Source of the DNA: Zootoca vivipara
Lineage: Eukaryota
DNA length: 64,000 bases
Reading direction: 5' to 3'
Assembly (NCBI RefSeq): GCF_963506605.1
Contig: NC_083276.1
Coordinates: 50,344,001 to 50,408,000, forward strand
Shown here: positions 40,176 through 52,348 of the stretch, piece by piece
Layout of the letters: every line of letters begins with the position of its first letter
How positions within the stretch are numbered: the stretch's first letter is position 1
Notes under the pieces: generated by a model
What the model saw: only the letters and a program-made list of their open reading frames with translations
What the model was told of the DNA's origin: nothing
Databases searched by the model: none
Program-made: the position numbers and the translations under genes

Positions 40176-41405
40176 GTAAGCCGTCTTTGTTGCCTAGTGT
40201 TCTAAGGATGTGAGCCATTTTTTTAAATTTCCCTTGTTGAAACAGAGATGCGTGCCCTTTGGGGCATAAACAGGTATTGAGAAACTTTGTTTAATGTGGA
40301 TACTTTTGCTCTAATGGCTTTCAATTTTTAAAATAATTTACTACTTTGACAAATGATTATTATCATATCATATTTTCCCTTGGTGTGCTGAAAGATAATT
40401 GACAACGCACCTTCACTCCAACTTTTTACAATGCTCTGCTTGCCAATGAAGGCATGTAGGACCATGCATGGACTTCACTTATTTCGGTTATGGTTTTAAA
40501 TGTAGGTTCCTTTCACTGCTTAAATTAAAATTATTTCAATGAGGCTCACCAACGTTGTCTATTTTTTTGCTGCTGCTGGACCCACAGACACATCAACCTG
40601 CATGATGGGATCTAGTCAACATCTTCCTCAACCTGCGCACCACTCTTTCTCAGGGGCGCTTTGTGACTTAACTAGTAACACTGATAATCAGTTTCACAAA
40701 GTACTAAACAGTTGAAACCTGCAGAAATGTAAAAAGTAACTTGAGTGGAAAATATATCCTTGTGAGGAAGGCCAGGCATTTAAACGGAGCTTTGCGTTTT
40801 AAATAAGAATTGATCCAGAGCTGCAGCTGTAATGAAATCCATTTATACCCTAAAGTATTTAATTCCCAAAGCAAATTACTGTATATGAAAACAGTGTTCT
40901 ACACATTTAAGAGAGAACCAGAATCCATTTTACTAAATAATTTATCTAGTACCTAACACTTATCCTTCCAGCAATTTTGAATATTATTGTTTATGCCTTC
41001 TTATCAATCAAATATTTCAAAACACCCCCCAAGTTATGTAGCCTTGGCACAATTAAGCACCATGTGCAGCTCCTTTTGAATGAGCAGCCAAACCTGATTA
41101 TTCTTTGTGGTTATTTATAGCGCTTTGACTTGTAAAACAAAGAGGAGAATTGAAAAATGTCAAGGATAACGGCATATTTTTTTGAAATAGTAGAGGTCTT
41201 GGGTTTTACATCCTGGTGAAACAAAAGGATACTTAGCTTCATTGTGCCCATGAAATGCCATTTTATTTCAGAATGGCTTTAAGAGCAAGAATCTATTTAC
41301 TGTGAGGAAGGTAGTGCCCGAATAGCTTTGAAGTTGCTCATCACACCTGTTCCCTTTGCTTAAATTTGTCTTCCTTCTCACCCGCCCCACTCTTATTGTT
41401 AGCAG

Positions 41406-41492
41406 GTTCAAGCTACACCTCCTCAGCCCATCAAAGTGCCACAGTTCATCCCTCCTCCCAGACTCACACCTCGCCCAAATTTTCTTCCACAG
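41406..41492 (+). CDS. PHF21A: PHF21A coding exon ([29 protein letters not shown]); alternative start 41403 adds Q
   Basis: ttagcag| tandem acceptor, CAG|gtgagt donor; 87 nt in frame. Confidence 0.96.
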
Positions 41493-42503
41493 GTGAGTTT
41501 GTCCAAAACAGGAAAAGGGGTAGGAGTGGGGAGTTTGTCCTAAAAGCTGTAAAATGAAGCAGCTGCATATATAAAGGGGAAAATAGATTATGTCCAACTC
41601 TAAAGTGTGACTTTGAAGAAGTACAACACCATACTTGCTAATAATTGAACACTACCTAATTTGCTTTCCAGATTAAATCTCCAGCTTTGCTATCATATTT
41701 TTGTTTCCCTGTCAGCTCTCTACCTTTCACTAGTTCTGTAAGAACTGAATTAAAGACGAGATGATGAAGAAATGCCTTGCTTGTTATAAGGTTATTGAGT
41801 GCTGAATATTTTTCATAGTTTCTTTGATTAAAGAGCCCCTATTTAATGTGAATCCTTAGCCTTTTTGCTAAGCAAAACGTAACTGTGTAATCTAATTAAT
41901 GTAGTTTCTAGCTTCCTGCTCCTTTCTTCCAAAGAGGAGCAGATTTTATCTAGAAATAACTTGAGCTGCAACTTTTTTTAAAAAAAACTGATCTTTTACC
42001 CAAAGATGAAGGCATTATATAATAGATTGTTTGCTGTATTTTAAATTACTAGAATCAATTTAGTTGCTATCTCAGAGGATGCCATCTGCATCTCATTGAA
42101 GCTACATCTCTTCTCCTACCCCACTGTTTATTTTTAATGTAGTTGTTATTCAGATTCCTAGTTGTAATGTCAACAATCTTTACCCAGTTATGAAAGAGAG
42201 GAAAGCGTAAAAATATTAACTGCTGCTCTATAGATATGCCCATCCAATGCTCTAGGCACCTGCATTTAACCCAAAGAAAGTTAGATGAGGTCAAAAAGGT
42301 AATGCCTGATTGGAGGAGAGGGCTGTGCAATTCAGAAACTAGCTACTCTTGCCAACACAGTTGATCTAATAATAAATTAGAATATATAACAATTTATACA
42401 CCCTGGATTTTAGAAATACTATGATTAACATTGAATATGTGAACATACACAATTAACATACAAAATGTAGCATACAAAATGATGGCAGTATTGTAGAAAT
42501 GTA

Positions 42504-42722
42504 CAGTCATACCTCGGGTTAAGTCCGCTGTGGTTTGAGTACTTTCGGTTTGAGTACTCTGCGGACCCGGAAGTGTTTACTTCCGGGTTCCAGGGTGCGC
42601 GCATACACAGAAGCGCTCTATCGGCGCTTCACACATGCACGCTATTGCTGCTCCGTTTAAGTACTTTTCAGGGAGCGAACGGCTCCCCGGAACCAATTGT
42701 GTACTTAAACTGAGTACTACTG
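42504..42722. mobile_element. Tc1/mariner (Tigger-like) MITE
   Basis: TA|cagtcatacctcgggttaagt ... acttaaactgagtactactg|TA. Confidence 0.82.
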
Positions 42723-43548
42723 TACAAGAATGTGTAGTTAACATTTGCGCACTAGCAGTTAATGTATAGTGCAGCCATCACCAACCTGGCAGCTTTCAAG
42801 TGTTTTGGACCATAATTCCCTTCAGCCACAAACAATCACAATGGGATATTGTGAAGGAGAATGAAAATCGTAGTTCAAAACCTCCGGAGGGCAGTAGGTT
42901 GTGGAAGGTGAACACAGTGCAACAGTCATAGCTGGAATTAAACAAGATTTGGGCCGGTTTTAAAAGTGTGGTAGGCCTGAAATGTACGTGAGAGTTACAT
43001 TCCAAGGGGTCTACATGCAAAGACAAAATCATTCAAAGTCAGGAAACCACACACCCAACCTGGATTTGCCTTCCTCTGCAAACAATTCCTACCCATCTTG
43101 ATATCGGCGCACTGAGTGGGCAAGAGCTTGGGAGCCTCCAGGGCCTTCCTGGACCCTCATGCAACCTTCTGAGAGTCCTATAAGTAAGGCAGAGGGCTTA
43201 AAAACTCTTTCCATGGCAGGAAAACTGGACGCTGAAAGAGCCTTGTTTTCTGGGATTGGAAGGTCACATGAGGGCTCTGGAGGCTTTTGTGAAAGATTGC
43301 GTGGCCCCTTCTGACGGTTTTTTCCAGTCTCCCACCCGCTTTCTATTTTGGCGAAGTATGCAAGGCTGCAATTGTGTGCAAGTTTTGGGCCTACTGTAGT
43401 TCTTTCCAGTGCAGATGTGTAGCACTATATAATACAAACACTATTGTAATCTGCGTCATATCTGTTGGCACAGTCATAAGTTATGTGTTAAGTACTATAT
43501 CTTACTTATCCATGTGTTCTGATATGGGTTTCTCTCTCTCTTATGTAG

Positions 43549-43848
43549 GTTCGACCTAAACCTGTTGCCCAGAACAACATTCCTATCGCCCCAGCCCCAC
43601 CTCCTCCTATGCTCGCCGCTCCTCAGCTTATTCAGAGGCCTGTGATGCTGACAACAAAATTCACACCCACCTCCTTACCTTCCTCTCAGAATTCCATACA
43701 CCCAGTCCGTGTAGTGAATGGGCAAACAGCAACCATAGCCAAAACTTTTCCAATGGCACAACTCACCAGCATTGTTATAGCAGCCCCAGGTACCAGGCTT
43801 GCTGGACCTCAGACTCTACAAATCAGCAAACCAAATGTTGAGAAACAG
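43549..43848 (+). CDS. PHF21A: PHF21A coding exon ([25 protein letters not shown]...KPNVEKQ), 300 nt
   Basis: tgtag|GTT acceptor, CAG|gtacag donor; overlaps ORF 43609..44001. Confidence 0.96.
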
Positions 43849-46530
43849 GTACAGATGGAGAAATGCATTAGTAGTTTAAACTGTGAATCGTTTCCTTCTC
43901 CTAAAGTCAATAGAATTAATGGAGATACAAATGCAGTTAACCATAACATAAGACCTGTCCTCTCATTGCCTCTCCTGTGGTTAGCAATCTCGTGTAACTG
44001 AGAACAGGGCTGTGCCCACTAGGCCTTCCATACCAGCCATCCCATCCCCTTCCACCGCCACTTAAACTGTCCATATGTTGGAGAAACCTGGGCAGGCTCC
44101 CTGCACACGTTGGAATGTGGATGGGTGGATCAGTCCATTTCCAGGCTGTGTCCATTTCCTGTGTGTGCTCATAGGTGCATTCCATCCTGTTTCCATATTA
44201 AGCTGAGCAGTTTTTAAAAGACTGTCCAAAACTCTGTTTTTAAGCACATACATATGTATTTTAATATCAAAATATGTATTTGTGTATTTTCCAAACTGGC
44301 GTTTGAAAAGCCTATTTTATCCTAAAGCAATTTTCACATTTTTAATGCATTTTGATACTTTTTTGAGCCAAGAACTATATTGAAAAAATTGGGGAAGTGC
44401 AAATTCCAAAGTATAATTATGTTTCAATCTGTTTATTTAGTCTGGGTAGGTGCATTTGCTTAAAAATGCAGGCCAAGTGAAATTTTCCTCCATCCCAAAT
44501 TTATAATCCTGATTTCACTGGGTTCTATATCACAGGGGTGGATATGCATATAGGGTAGGCTCTCCTGTTCAGAGGTTTCTTGCAATGTATGGATGGGGCA
44601 GGGTTGGCAGGAGAGGACGCTGGTGGACAGGCCAGCAAGTCACAGCACTGTTCTCTGTCTCATGCCAATCATGAGATACAATGTGTGAATAGGGATGCCT
44701 TGTTCCTCAGACAGGGATTGGGAATGTACCAATAATTCATAATGAGTGAGCAGATTTTATATATAGTACATCAGAATAATTAAAATTTACTCGTTTTGTG
44801 CTTTTTCTGCTGCTTCAGCATGAAACATTAACCATCAAATAATATTTATCCATAATCTTGTTGACATTTATGATGAAGCAGACACGCAGATGACTTAATT
44901 ACCATCAGTTTCAGCTAACCTTTTGTAAGTAGTTTATAACTGGACATTTGAAAATTTCCTCTAATTCCATATATCAAATGTAGGCCTTTTTGTGCAAATG
45001 CACTTTAAACTGACCTTTGAGTCTACTGATCTGTATTTCAATTTGTTTTCAATTCAGTTTAACACCTTTATTGGCATATATAATCTGTATTTCAAAAGCT
45101 TGCTTGGTTTCAGTCTTTTAAGCTTGACAAATTTGCCATGAGCGGTTATTTTTTAAATAGACATAAGTGTGTCAAATCACCTTTCCCCCCAAAACTTACA
45201 TTATCGTCCTCTCTTCAAAACACTCTGAAGCAGATGCAAGGTGATTTGGCACTGCAACAGGTGGCAATGTGCCAAGACTGGCCACAACTCTAGGTTTCAT
45301 AGAAACCAGGACCTTCAGCAAAAACCCTAGTGCTTAAATGTGGAAGAAAAGCCTGCACGTAGTACCAGTGCAAAGAAGCTGCCTTTCAGCCCTTATGTAC
45401 TGAGGAAGGCTGGTTCCAGTCTGGTCATGGCTTTTTTTGTCGTAAATAGGCAGAAAGTTTTCTCAAGTGTGAACAGAGCCAGACCTCTCTTTTCCACTTG
45501 ACAGTCTTAGGAATACACACACACACACACAAACACGTATTTGTTTATAATAAAAGTTATACCCTCCTACTTTTATTTTCTAAGGGAGATGTCCAAAGTG
45601 GCTACCATCAGTTCAAATAAAACAATTAAGAAACAAGGTTTCATCCTCACTTGTCAAACCATTGGTCTAGTTTGCACAAGCCACAAACCATAGTTTAGTG
45701 TTAGGTTCTCCCCCTCTGCTCTTCCAGCACAACTGCACTTATAGTGTTAGTTGTGGTTCATCTAAACAAGCAAGTGGGATGACACAGTCTAGTAAATGGA
45801 ACTGAGAAGTAATGCAAAATAATTCACAATTTCAAACAATATGGTTCAGGTTATTTTTTTATGTTTCTCTTATTTCTGAGTAAACACATTGAAAACATAT
45901 TTGTCATCTTGGAACAGATGGATCTAATTTTGTGACGTCACAGCTATGTCATAAAGTAGGAGTCACTGGGCAGGCACTTATGATGCAACATGCAGGGGAT
46001 TATGACATCACTAAGTGAATGAGTTTCAGGAAAACCCTGCACTTGGGAATTCTGGAGAACTTTTATTCAGGCAAATTCTTGTTATAGTGAATAATGAATG
46101 AGAGAGATGCAAGGTGCATCTCTCAGACAGATTGTTGTCTGGACAAGCTTTTCATGGAATGTTATTCCACAAAACATCATCCCATCTGTAGTTATTCTGC
46201 TTACCAGGTCTCTCTCATACGTATCCCCTCTTATCCACAGCTTAGATGCAAAGTTATTGTTATTACATGATCTAGTTGCTGAATTGGGCTACTTAAGTGT
46301 TGCAGTTGTACACTTGATGTTCTAAATAGTAATTTTTATTTGGGATTGTGTTTTCACTACTTAAAATGTACCACACTTTTTAAAGGACCTCTTGGGGAAA
46401 ACATTTAGTGTATTGTTTGGATCCTTTTCCATCCTTTTCTTCATTTTGGTAAAGAAAAACACTGGCCGCAGTTTCTGTTTGTTTAGGAATTTAAGAAACC
46501 TGTGTTCACTTGCTGCTGTTTCTCTTTCAG

Positions 46531-46629
46531 ACTATCAAACCCCAAGCGGAAACAGAGGAGAAGCCAACAGAGATTCATACAGTTGCTCCTCCTGCACCAC
46601 CCAAACCAAAACGAGAAGAAAACCCACAG
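46531..46629 (+). CDS. PHF21A: PHF21A coding exon ([33 protein letters not shown]), 99 nt
   Basis: tctctttcag| acceptor, CAG|gtacta donor; conserved KPKREENPQ end. Confidence 0.95.
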
Positions 46630-47223
46630 GTACTAGTACAAATATCTACAATATCCTTTTGTGGGGTTGGGCAGATATTTTTTTAAAAAATCTCTCTTTA
46701 GAAATGCTTATTTTCATCTACATTTTAATGCCGCTTTTCCTCTCAAAAGAGATTCACATTCTTCACAGTGTTATTGCTGCAATGAAGAGGTCTATATGTC
46801 TGAGGAATGCTAAATCTAGCCACAAATTCCTGTTCACCAAATATTTTCAGGGCTGGAAGAAAGAATGCAAGAGCTCCTGACCTTATGATAATGATGCATG
46901 TATGTAGCACTTAAGGGTGTTCAAAGTGCTTCATGTTTTCTTAGCAATTTTTGCAATAACCCTGTAATGGAGGCCAGTATTAACACCCCATATTCCAGAA
47001 AGGAGGCCGAAAGAATCTAGTCTTGCTTTAAGTTCTTGTCTAAGATAAGGCTTGAACAGTGGCTTTTCCGGCTCGCTCTACTGTGCTACATACATAGATA
47101 TCTCAAATTATCCTTAGTTCTTTTGAGTGTTCAGATTGCATCACGCACGGCAACTTCTCCAATCCCACAGCCACATTTTAAACATGTTTCAGTTGGCCTT
47201 GTTTGACTAAGGAAAAGTTGTAT

Positions 47224-47327
47224 TCATAGAATCATAGAATCACAGAGTTGGAAGAGACCACAAAGGCCATCCAGTCCAACCCCCTGCCAAGCAGGAAACA
47301 CCATCAAAGCATTCTTGACATATGGCC
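47224..47327 (-). mobile_element. CR1 LINE 3' fragment
   Basis: (catagaat)n terminal repeat; near-identical to the 23082 copy. Confidence 0.8.
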
Positions 47328-47425
47328 TTGACTGCCCCTCCCCTTGCAAAGGTAGCATGGGGGCTAGGATGGCTCTGCTTAAGGATGTCCCAAGAGACTT
47401 TGTGCAGGGATGTCCAATACAATCA

Positions 47426-47429
<4 letters not shown>

Positions 47430-47475
<46 letters not shown>
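47430..47475. repeat. (CA)n microsatellite
   Basis: direct reading. Confidence 0.95.
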
Positions 47476-47477
<2 letters not shown>

Positions 47478-48027
47478 GCCTTTCCTGAAAGCTGAGAGTG
47501 TCCTGACACCTTGGCTTGAAGGTCCTCCAAGTGTCTCTAGCCCTCCCTTCCCAGGCCTTTCATGATGGTGCCCCTTTTCATAACCTTTCCTGTTATGAAA
47601 CACCAAAGATGAAAATACACCCTGTGAAAAATCTCATAATTATGGTTTGTATAACAAATAATAAGACCCAAATTATATTCACATAGTAGCTATATTGTAC
47701 TGGTGCATGTTTTAATACCCATACAAATTTAACGATAAATCTACAGCTCGCTGGTAACCATCCATTTCAACAAACAGGGTTTTTGTTTAAGCAATCTCCT
47801 GAACATTTGCATCATGTAAGTTTGAAAATGACACATTATAAATAACATAAATGCCTGTGGATTTTTTTCCTGTGGGACAATGACACATTTAAGTGAGTGT
47901 GTGAAGGTTCCCTCAGCTGTTTAAAAGAGAGATTGGGTGAGTTTATTCTTTCCTTGGGTGAGTGGAGTTATAATAGCATTTCAGACAGCTTGTTTTCTAT
48001 GAATACCTGCAACTCAGAAAAACACTT

Positions 48028-48100
48028 CTGATGAAATGGACTGTAGTCCATGGAAGCTTCTACCATAATAGATTTGTGAGTCTTCAATGTGCCACAATTC
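48028..48100 (+). mobile_element. older Penelope-like pseudo-LTR remnant with degenerate hammerhead
   Basis: ctgatga-a-atggac-tgta-gtccat-ggaa-gctt...gtcttcaatgtgccacaa. Confidence 0.6.
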
Positions 48101-49658
48101 TTTCTTTTTTTCCTTTTCTTGCCGCAAGAGGCTAACATAGCTATCACCCTGCAAACCTTTCAGAAAGCGCAAGCTAAGAAACCTGGATTCTGGCAGCTTG
48201 AGCAACACACAAAATCAACTGGAACTAGAGAATCTCCCTCGGGGCCCATTTAGACAATATTCTACCATCAAAATTCTGATATTTTTTTTAAAGGGGGAGA
48301 TCTTGGTTTCCCCCTCTGCGAAGGGGAAGATATTAAATGAGCCAAGAGAGTTCACTTTTTACCAATTTACTTAATATGTAAGAACCTGAAATACTTTTTT
48401 GCTTCACTGTGGCTGTCCTTTTGCAGTCTGTGTGATTCATGCCAAACATTGTCTCATAGGTCTAGTGTCTCTTGAAATATAAAACACGGTTCATGGAGGT
48501 AAGAAATAATAAACTGCAAATACTTGACCTGAACAGTTGTGCTAGATGAGATGAAAGTGAACTACTGCTTTTTGAATCTCACGCTTCTCATGCCCTAAAA
48601 CTTTTTATAGCAGTCTAAGAATAGCATAACTTGGCTGTCTCTTTAAAATAGATGCATACAGCTGTGATGTTCTGAGCAAACAGCTTATGCAGCAATCATC
48701 TGGACAGTTCAGAAATCCTTGCTTGTGCTGGAAGGCTTCCGTGTTTTCAGGTTTCAAGTAATCTGCAGTTAGATAACTATGGCTTTCATAATTCAAATCA
48801 CACTATGTTCTATTTTCACTTTCATAAAGTGTAATGTTATTTTTTTAAAAAAAATATTCATTTATACATTGCTTGATTGTAAAAACAAACCAACCTCAAA
48901 GCAATTTACAAAAAGATAAACCGTAAAATCATGAGAATTTTACAAATATCTGATACACATGCAAATTTATACAGGGTTTTTAAAAATGTATTTTTCAAAT
49001 TAATTAGTTTTGAATGGACAACAAAGGCCTAGGGTGAAGCTGAACTGTTAGGTGTGGAGTTGGGGGCTATTTGTAAACAGTGGTCAGAGGAAGCTGAAAT
49101 GTGGAGTAGTACAGCCAATGTATCTAATTAGCAGTGGTAATTCACAAAGCAGTTGTTGATCATACAGACATCCTAGCATAGTTATGCCAATTATCTTATT
49201 CAGTATGCTAACAAATATTTTGTCTTAGGTCAGTCCACAAGTGATAGCAATGTACTTGATGTATTGTAATTCAGCAGTTACAGGTGCAGCTGGTTTTAAA
49301 TTGGTGGTTCTCTGAAGCAACACTTGTGTCTGCATCTTTTAACTCCCAAGTCCATGCTTCTGGGAACCCTGGCCTAGTCAGGCTTTAGGAATCACCTATA
49401 TGCATTTATGTTGTCCAGCCTTTATGCGGTTGCTGTAGAAAACACTAGTGTACCTGCTGCGTAAAGACCTCTAGGAGACTGACGGCAGTGTGTCATTTTA
49501 TGAAGTGCCATTTAAGATAGTACATAGGTGGTGCATGTTTTTGAAGAATTGCTCAGTGAAAATTGTATTATTTTTTTAAAGCTACTATTTCACCTTAATA
49601 GAAGTTTAGTTCATCTTTTAATTTGAGTGAATTGTTTTCTTCTTCTTTTCTGATACAG

Positions 49659-49710
49659 AAACTTGCCTTCATGGTGTCTCTTGGACTGGTTACACATGAC
49701 CATCTAGAAG
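49659..49710 (+). CDS. PHF21A: PHF21A coding exon (KLAFMVSLGLVTHDHLE+E), 52 nt, phase 0-1
   Basis: tacag| acceptor, AAG|gtaaga donor. Confidence 0.96.
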
Positions 49711-50035
49711 GTAAGAAAAATGACTATGGCTTCAGTCTTTGCACACTATCAAGGAAAAAGTTTATTTAACTTAATAGGGCTTACTTCCAAGTAACTAAGT
49801 TTAGGATTGAGTTGCATAAATTATTCCAGAGCTCTGGAATTAATGTAAAAGTTTCAAATATTTCTGCTTAGAGTGCATACTTTCCCATGTATCAAAGTTT
49901 AAAATATCAGTTTAAAAATGAAATATTTTCTGTTCAAGGTTATGGATTGTTTCCTGGACTTGAAAAAATGACCAATTAGGATGATGATCCTAAATGCTAG
50001 TCTGATTTTTAGGTTTCTGACTAGGAGATCTAAGG

Positions 50036-50171
50036 CAGGCATCCCCAAACTGCGGCCCTCCAGATGTTTTGGCCTACAACTCCCATGATCCCTAGCTAAC
50101 AGGACCAGAGGTCGGGGAAGATGGGAATTGTAGTCCAAAACATCTGGAGGGCCGAAGTTTGGGGATGCCTG
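50036..50171. mobile_element. 136-bp hAT MITE
   Basis: same TIR, TSD atctaagg. Confidence 0.92.
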
Positions 50172-50492
50172 ATCTAAGGCCACAAATATGCCTGATCTAA
50201 GGCCACAAATATGGTTTCTTCAATATGAGAACCACCACAGTACTATTTTTCAAATAACTTAATTTCCTTTATCAATTAATTAGCACATTGTTTAAATTGA
50301 GGGAAATTAATCTGACTGGCAGGCTGGATCCTGGGTTCCCTCAACCCTGGCAGCGATTCTGCCAATCAGCTGATCTCACTATGAAGTCAGATGACTGATT
50401 TTTCATTTCTGTGCGACAAAGTGTGCTGCAAAAGAAAACATGAGGCTTGAAGTTTTCGCCCATCAGCTGAAATTCAGTGACTCCAAGCCTAC

Positions 50493-50600
50493 TTTTAGGG
50501 AAGCTTTTATTGTTTAATAAATTATTGTATTTTAAAATTTCTGTTGGAAGCCGCCCAGAGTGGCTGGGGAGGCCCGGCCAGATGGGTGGGGTATAAATAA

Positions 50601-50648
<48 letters not shown>

Positions 50649-50650
50649 AT
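50493..50650 (+). mobile_element. L2 3' UTR fragment with (gtt)n tail
   Basis: ctgttggaagccgcccagagtggctgggg...gtataaataaa(ttg)n. Confidence 0.82.
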
Positions 50651-51232
50651 CACTTTCTGCACAGCGGATCCATCAGTCCACTGCAGTTCCATCTGCTCCA
50701 CTTTGAACAACAGGGAGCATGCTTTAAGCTCTCAATTGTGCTTTGGCAGCCACATCTCTACCTGCCCTACACCTGTTGTCACATATGAAGTCAGGTGTGC
50801 GGCACATGGGTGTGGTTTGGAGAAAGTTTGCAATATTTTGATATGAAGTTGCTGTAATCCACCTTTGGCTCATTGCATTGAGAAATACTGGGATATAAGT
50901 AAAACAAATAAATCAGTCTTCAAATACCTCCCTGCTTCTGTCAGAAATAAGTTGCCAGCAACAATTTTTTTTGTGGCATAGAATGTGGAAGATAAAAATA
51001 TCAGCTGAGAGCTTTTGGAACAGCAGGAAATGCTTTCTCAAGCTAATTTACTTTCTATTACTTCACTTTCCTCTTTACTTTCAACCCATTTATATAATAT
51101 GGATGTTTCTTCAGAATTAGGTTTGCATAGAACGTTTCAGAAACCATAGTTCCTGACGCCTAACTTGCTCATACTAGATATTGAGGTCTTTGTGCCCTTT
51201 ACAAATGCTTTTATTTCTACCCTTTCCCCAAG

Positions 51233-51312
51233 AAATACAAAGTAAGCGACAAGAAAGGAAACGAAGGACAACAGCAAATCCAGTGTACAGCGGAGCTGTC
51301 TTTGAGCCTGAG
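51233..51312 (+). CDS. PHF21A: PHF21A coding exon ([27 protein letters not shown]), 80 nt, phase 1-0
   Basis: ccccaag| acceptor, GAG|gtaaaa donor; phase complements previous exon. Confidence 0.96.
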
Positions 51313-51604
51313 GTAAAAAAATTTGCTTATAAAATAAGTAAATGACTTGCTGAAAAGCATTTTGCTCATTGCTTCAGCATTCTAGGTGTATGAAAGCAAG
51401 CACATTCCAAGCTAGACAGTGGGACTGTCATCACTTAAGAGAGCATGAAGGACAATTATAAATGGAAAGAAGTTTCCTACTTTATACTTTCTTTCTCTTA
51501 TATCTTTCCTCCTCCTCCTTCTTCTCTGGCATGATTGCAGACTTGGCATTGAATTATTTCTCTCATCACAAATGGGATCAGCATTGCCCGTAATTGTGTG
51601 AAAG

Positions 51605-51962
51605 GCTAGCCCTAAATGGCCTCGGTCCAGTATACCTGAAGGAGCGTCTCCACTCCCATTGTTCTGCCCGGACACTGAGGTCCAGCACCGAGGGCCTTCT
51701 GGCAGTTCCCTCGTTGCGAGAAGCCAAGTTGCAGGGAACCAGGCAGAGGGCCTTCTTGGTAGTGGCGCCTGCCCTGTGGAACGGAACGCCCTCCCAACAG
51801 ATGTCAAAGAGAAAAAACAGCTACCAGATTTTTAGAAGACATCTGACTCCCTGTTTAGGGAGTATTTTAATGTTTAATAGATTACTGTATTTTATTTTCT
51901 GTTGGAAGCCGCCCAGAGTGGCTGGGGAAACCCAGCCAGATGGGAGGGGTATAAATAATGTA

Positions 51963-52001
<39 letters not shown>

Positions 52002-52020
52002 ATATTATTATTATTATTTA
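51605..52020 (+). mobile_element. L2 LINE 3' fragment with (taaa)n/(tta)n tail
   Basis: ALNGLGPVYLKERL...RAFLVVAPALWN is L2 ORF2 C-terminus; 3' UTR gaagccgcccagagtggctgggg. Confidence 0.88.
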
Positions 52021-52287
52021 TAGCCTTTCTACAGGGTTGTATCCAAACGCTGAAACGATAATGGACATAATCTGAAGAAAGTTAAACCTACATTTGATTC
52101 TTACTGAAATTTATGGATTTAAGTGCAAAAGCTTGTTTGCTTCAATGGGTCTCAACACTTGTGTTCTTCCAGATTTTTTATATAGTCACTCTGTGTGTGT
52201 GTCTGTGTGTGTGTGTGTGTGTGTGTAGATGTAGCTGTCACTCGCCAAAACAGTTGACTAACTACTTTGTTCCTTTCTTCTGTAAAG

Positions 52288-52348
52288 CGCAAGAAGAGCG
52301 CAGTCACATACCTGAACAGCACAATGCATCCTGGGACACGTAAACGAG
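52288..52348 (+). CDS. PHF21A: PHF21A coding exon ([20 protein letters not shown]+1 nt), 61 nt, phase 0-1
   Basis: tgtaaag| acceptor, GAG|gtaggt donor; first half of AT-hook. Confidence 0.96.

Noticed and set aside
43849-44001. In-frame read-through past the exon donor
   Set aside because: Open frame of this length into an intron is expected by chance; nothing else supports a terminal exon
46392-46880. 162-aa ORF over a PHF21A exon
   Set aside because: Different frame from the spliced exon; intronic composition
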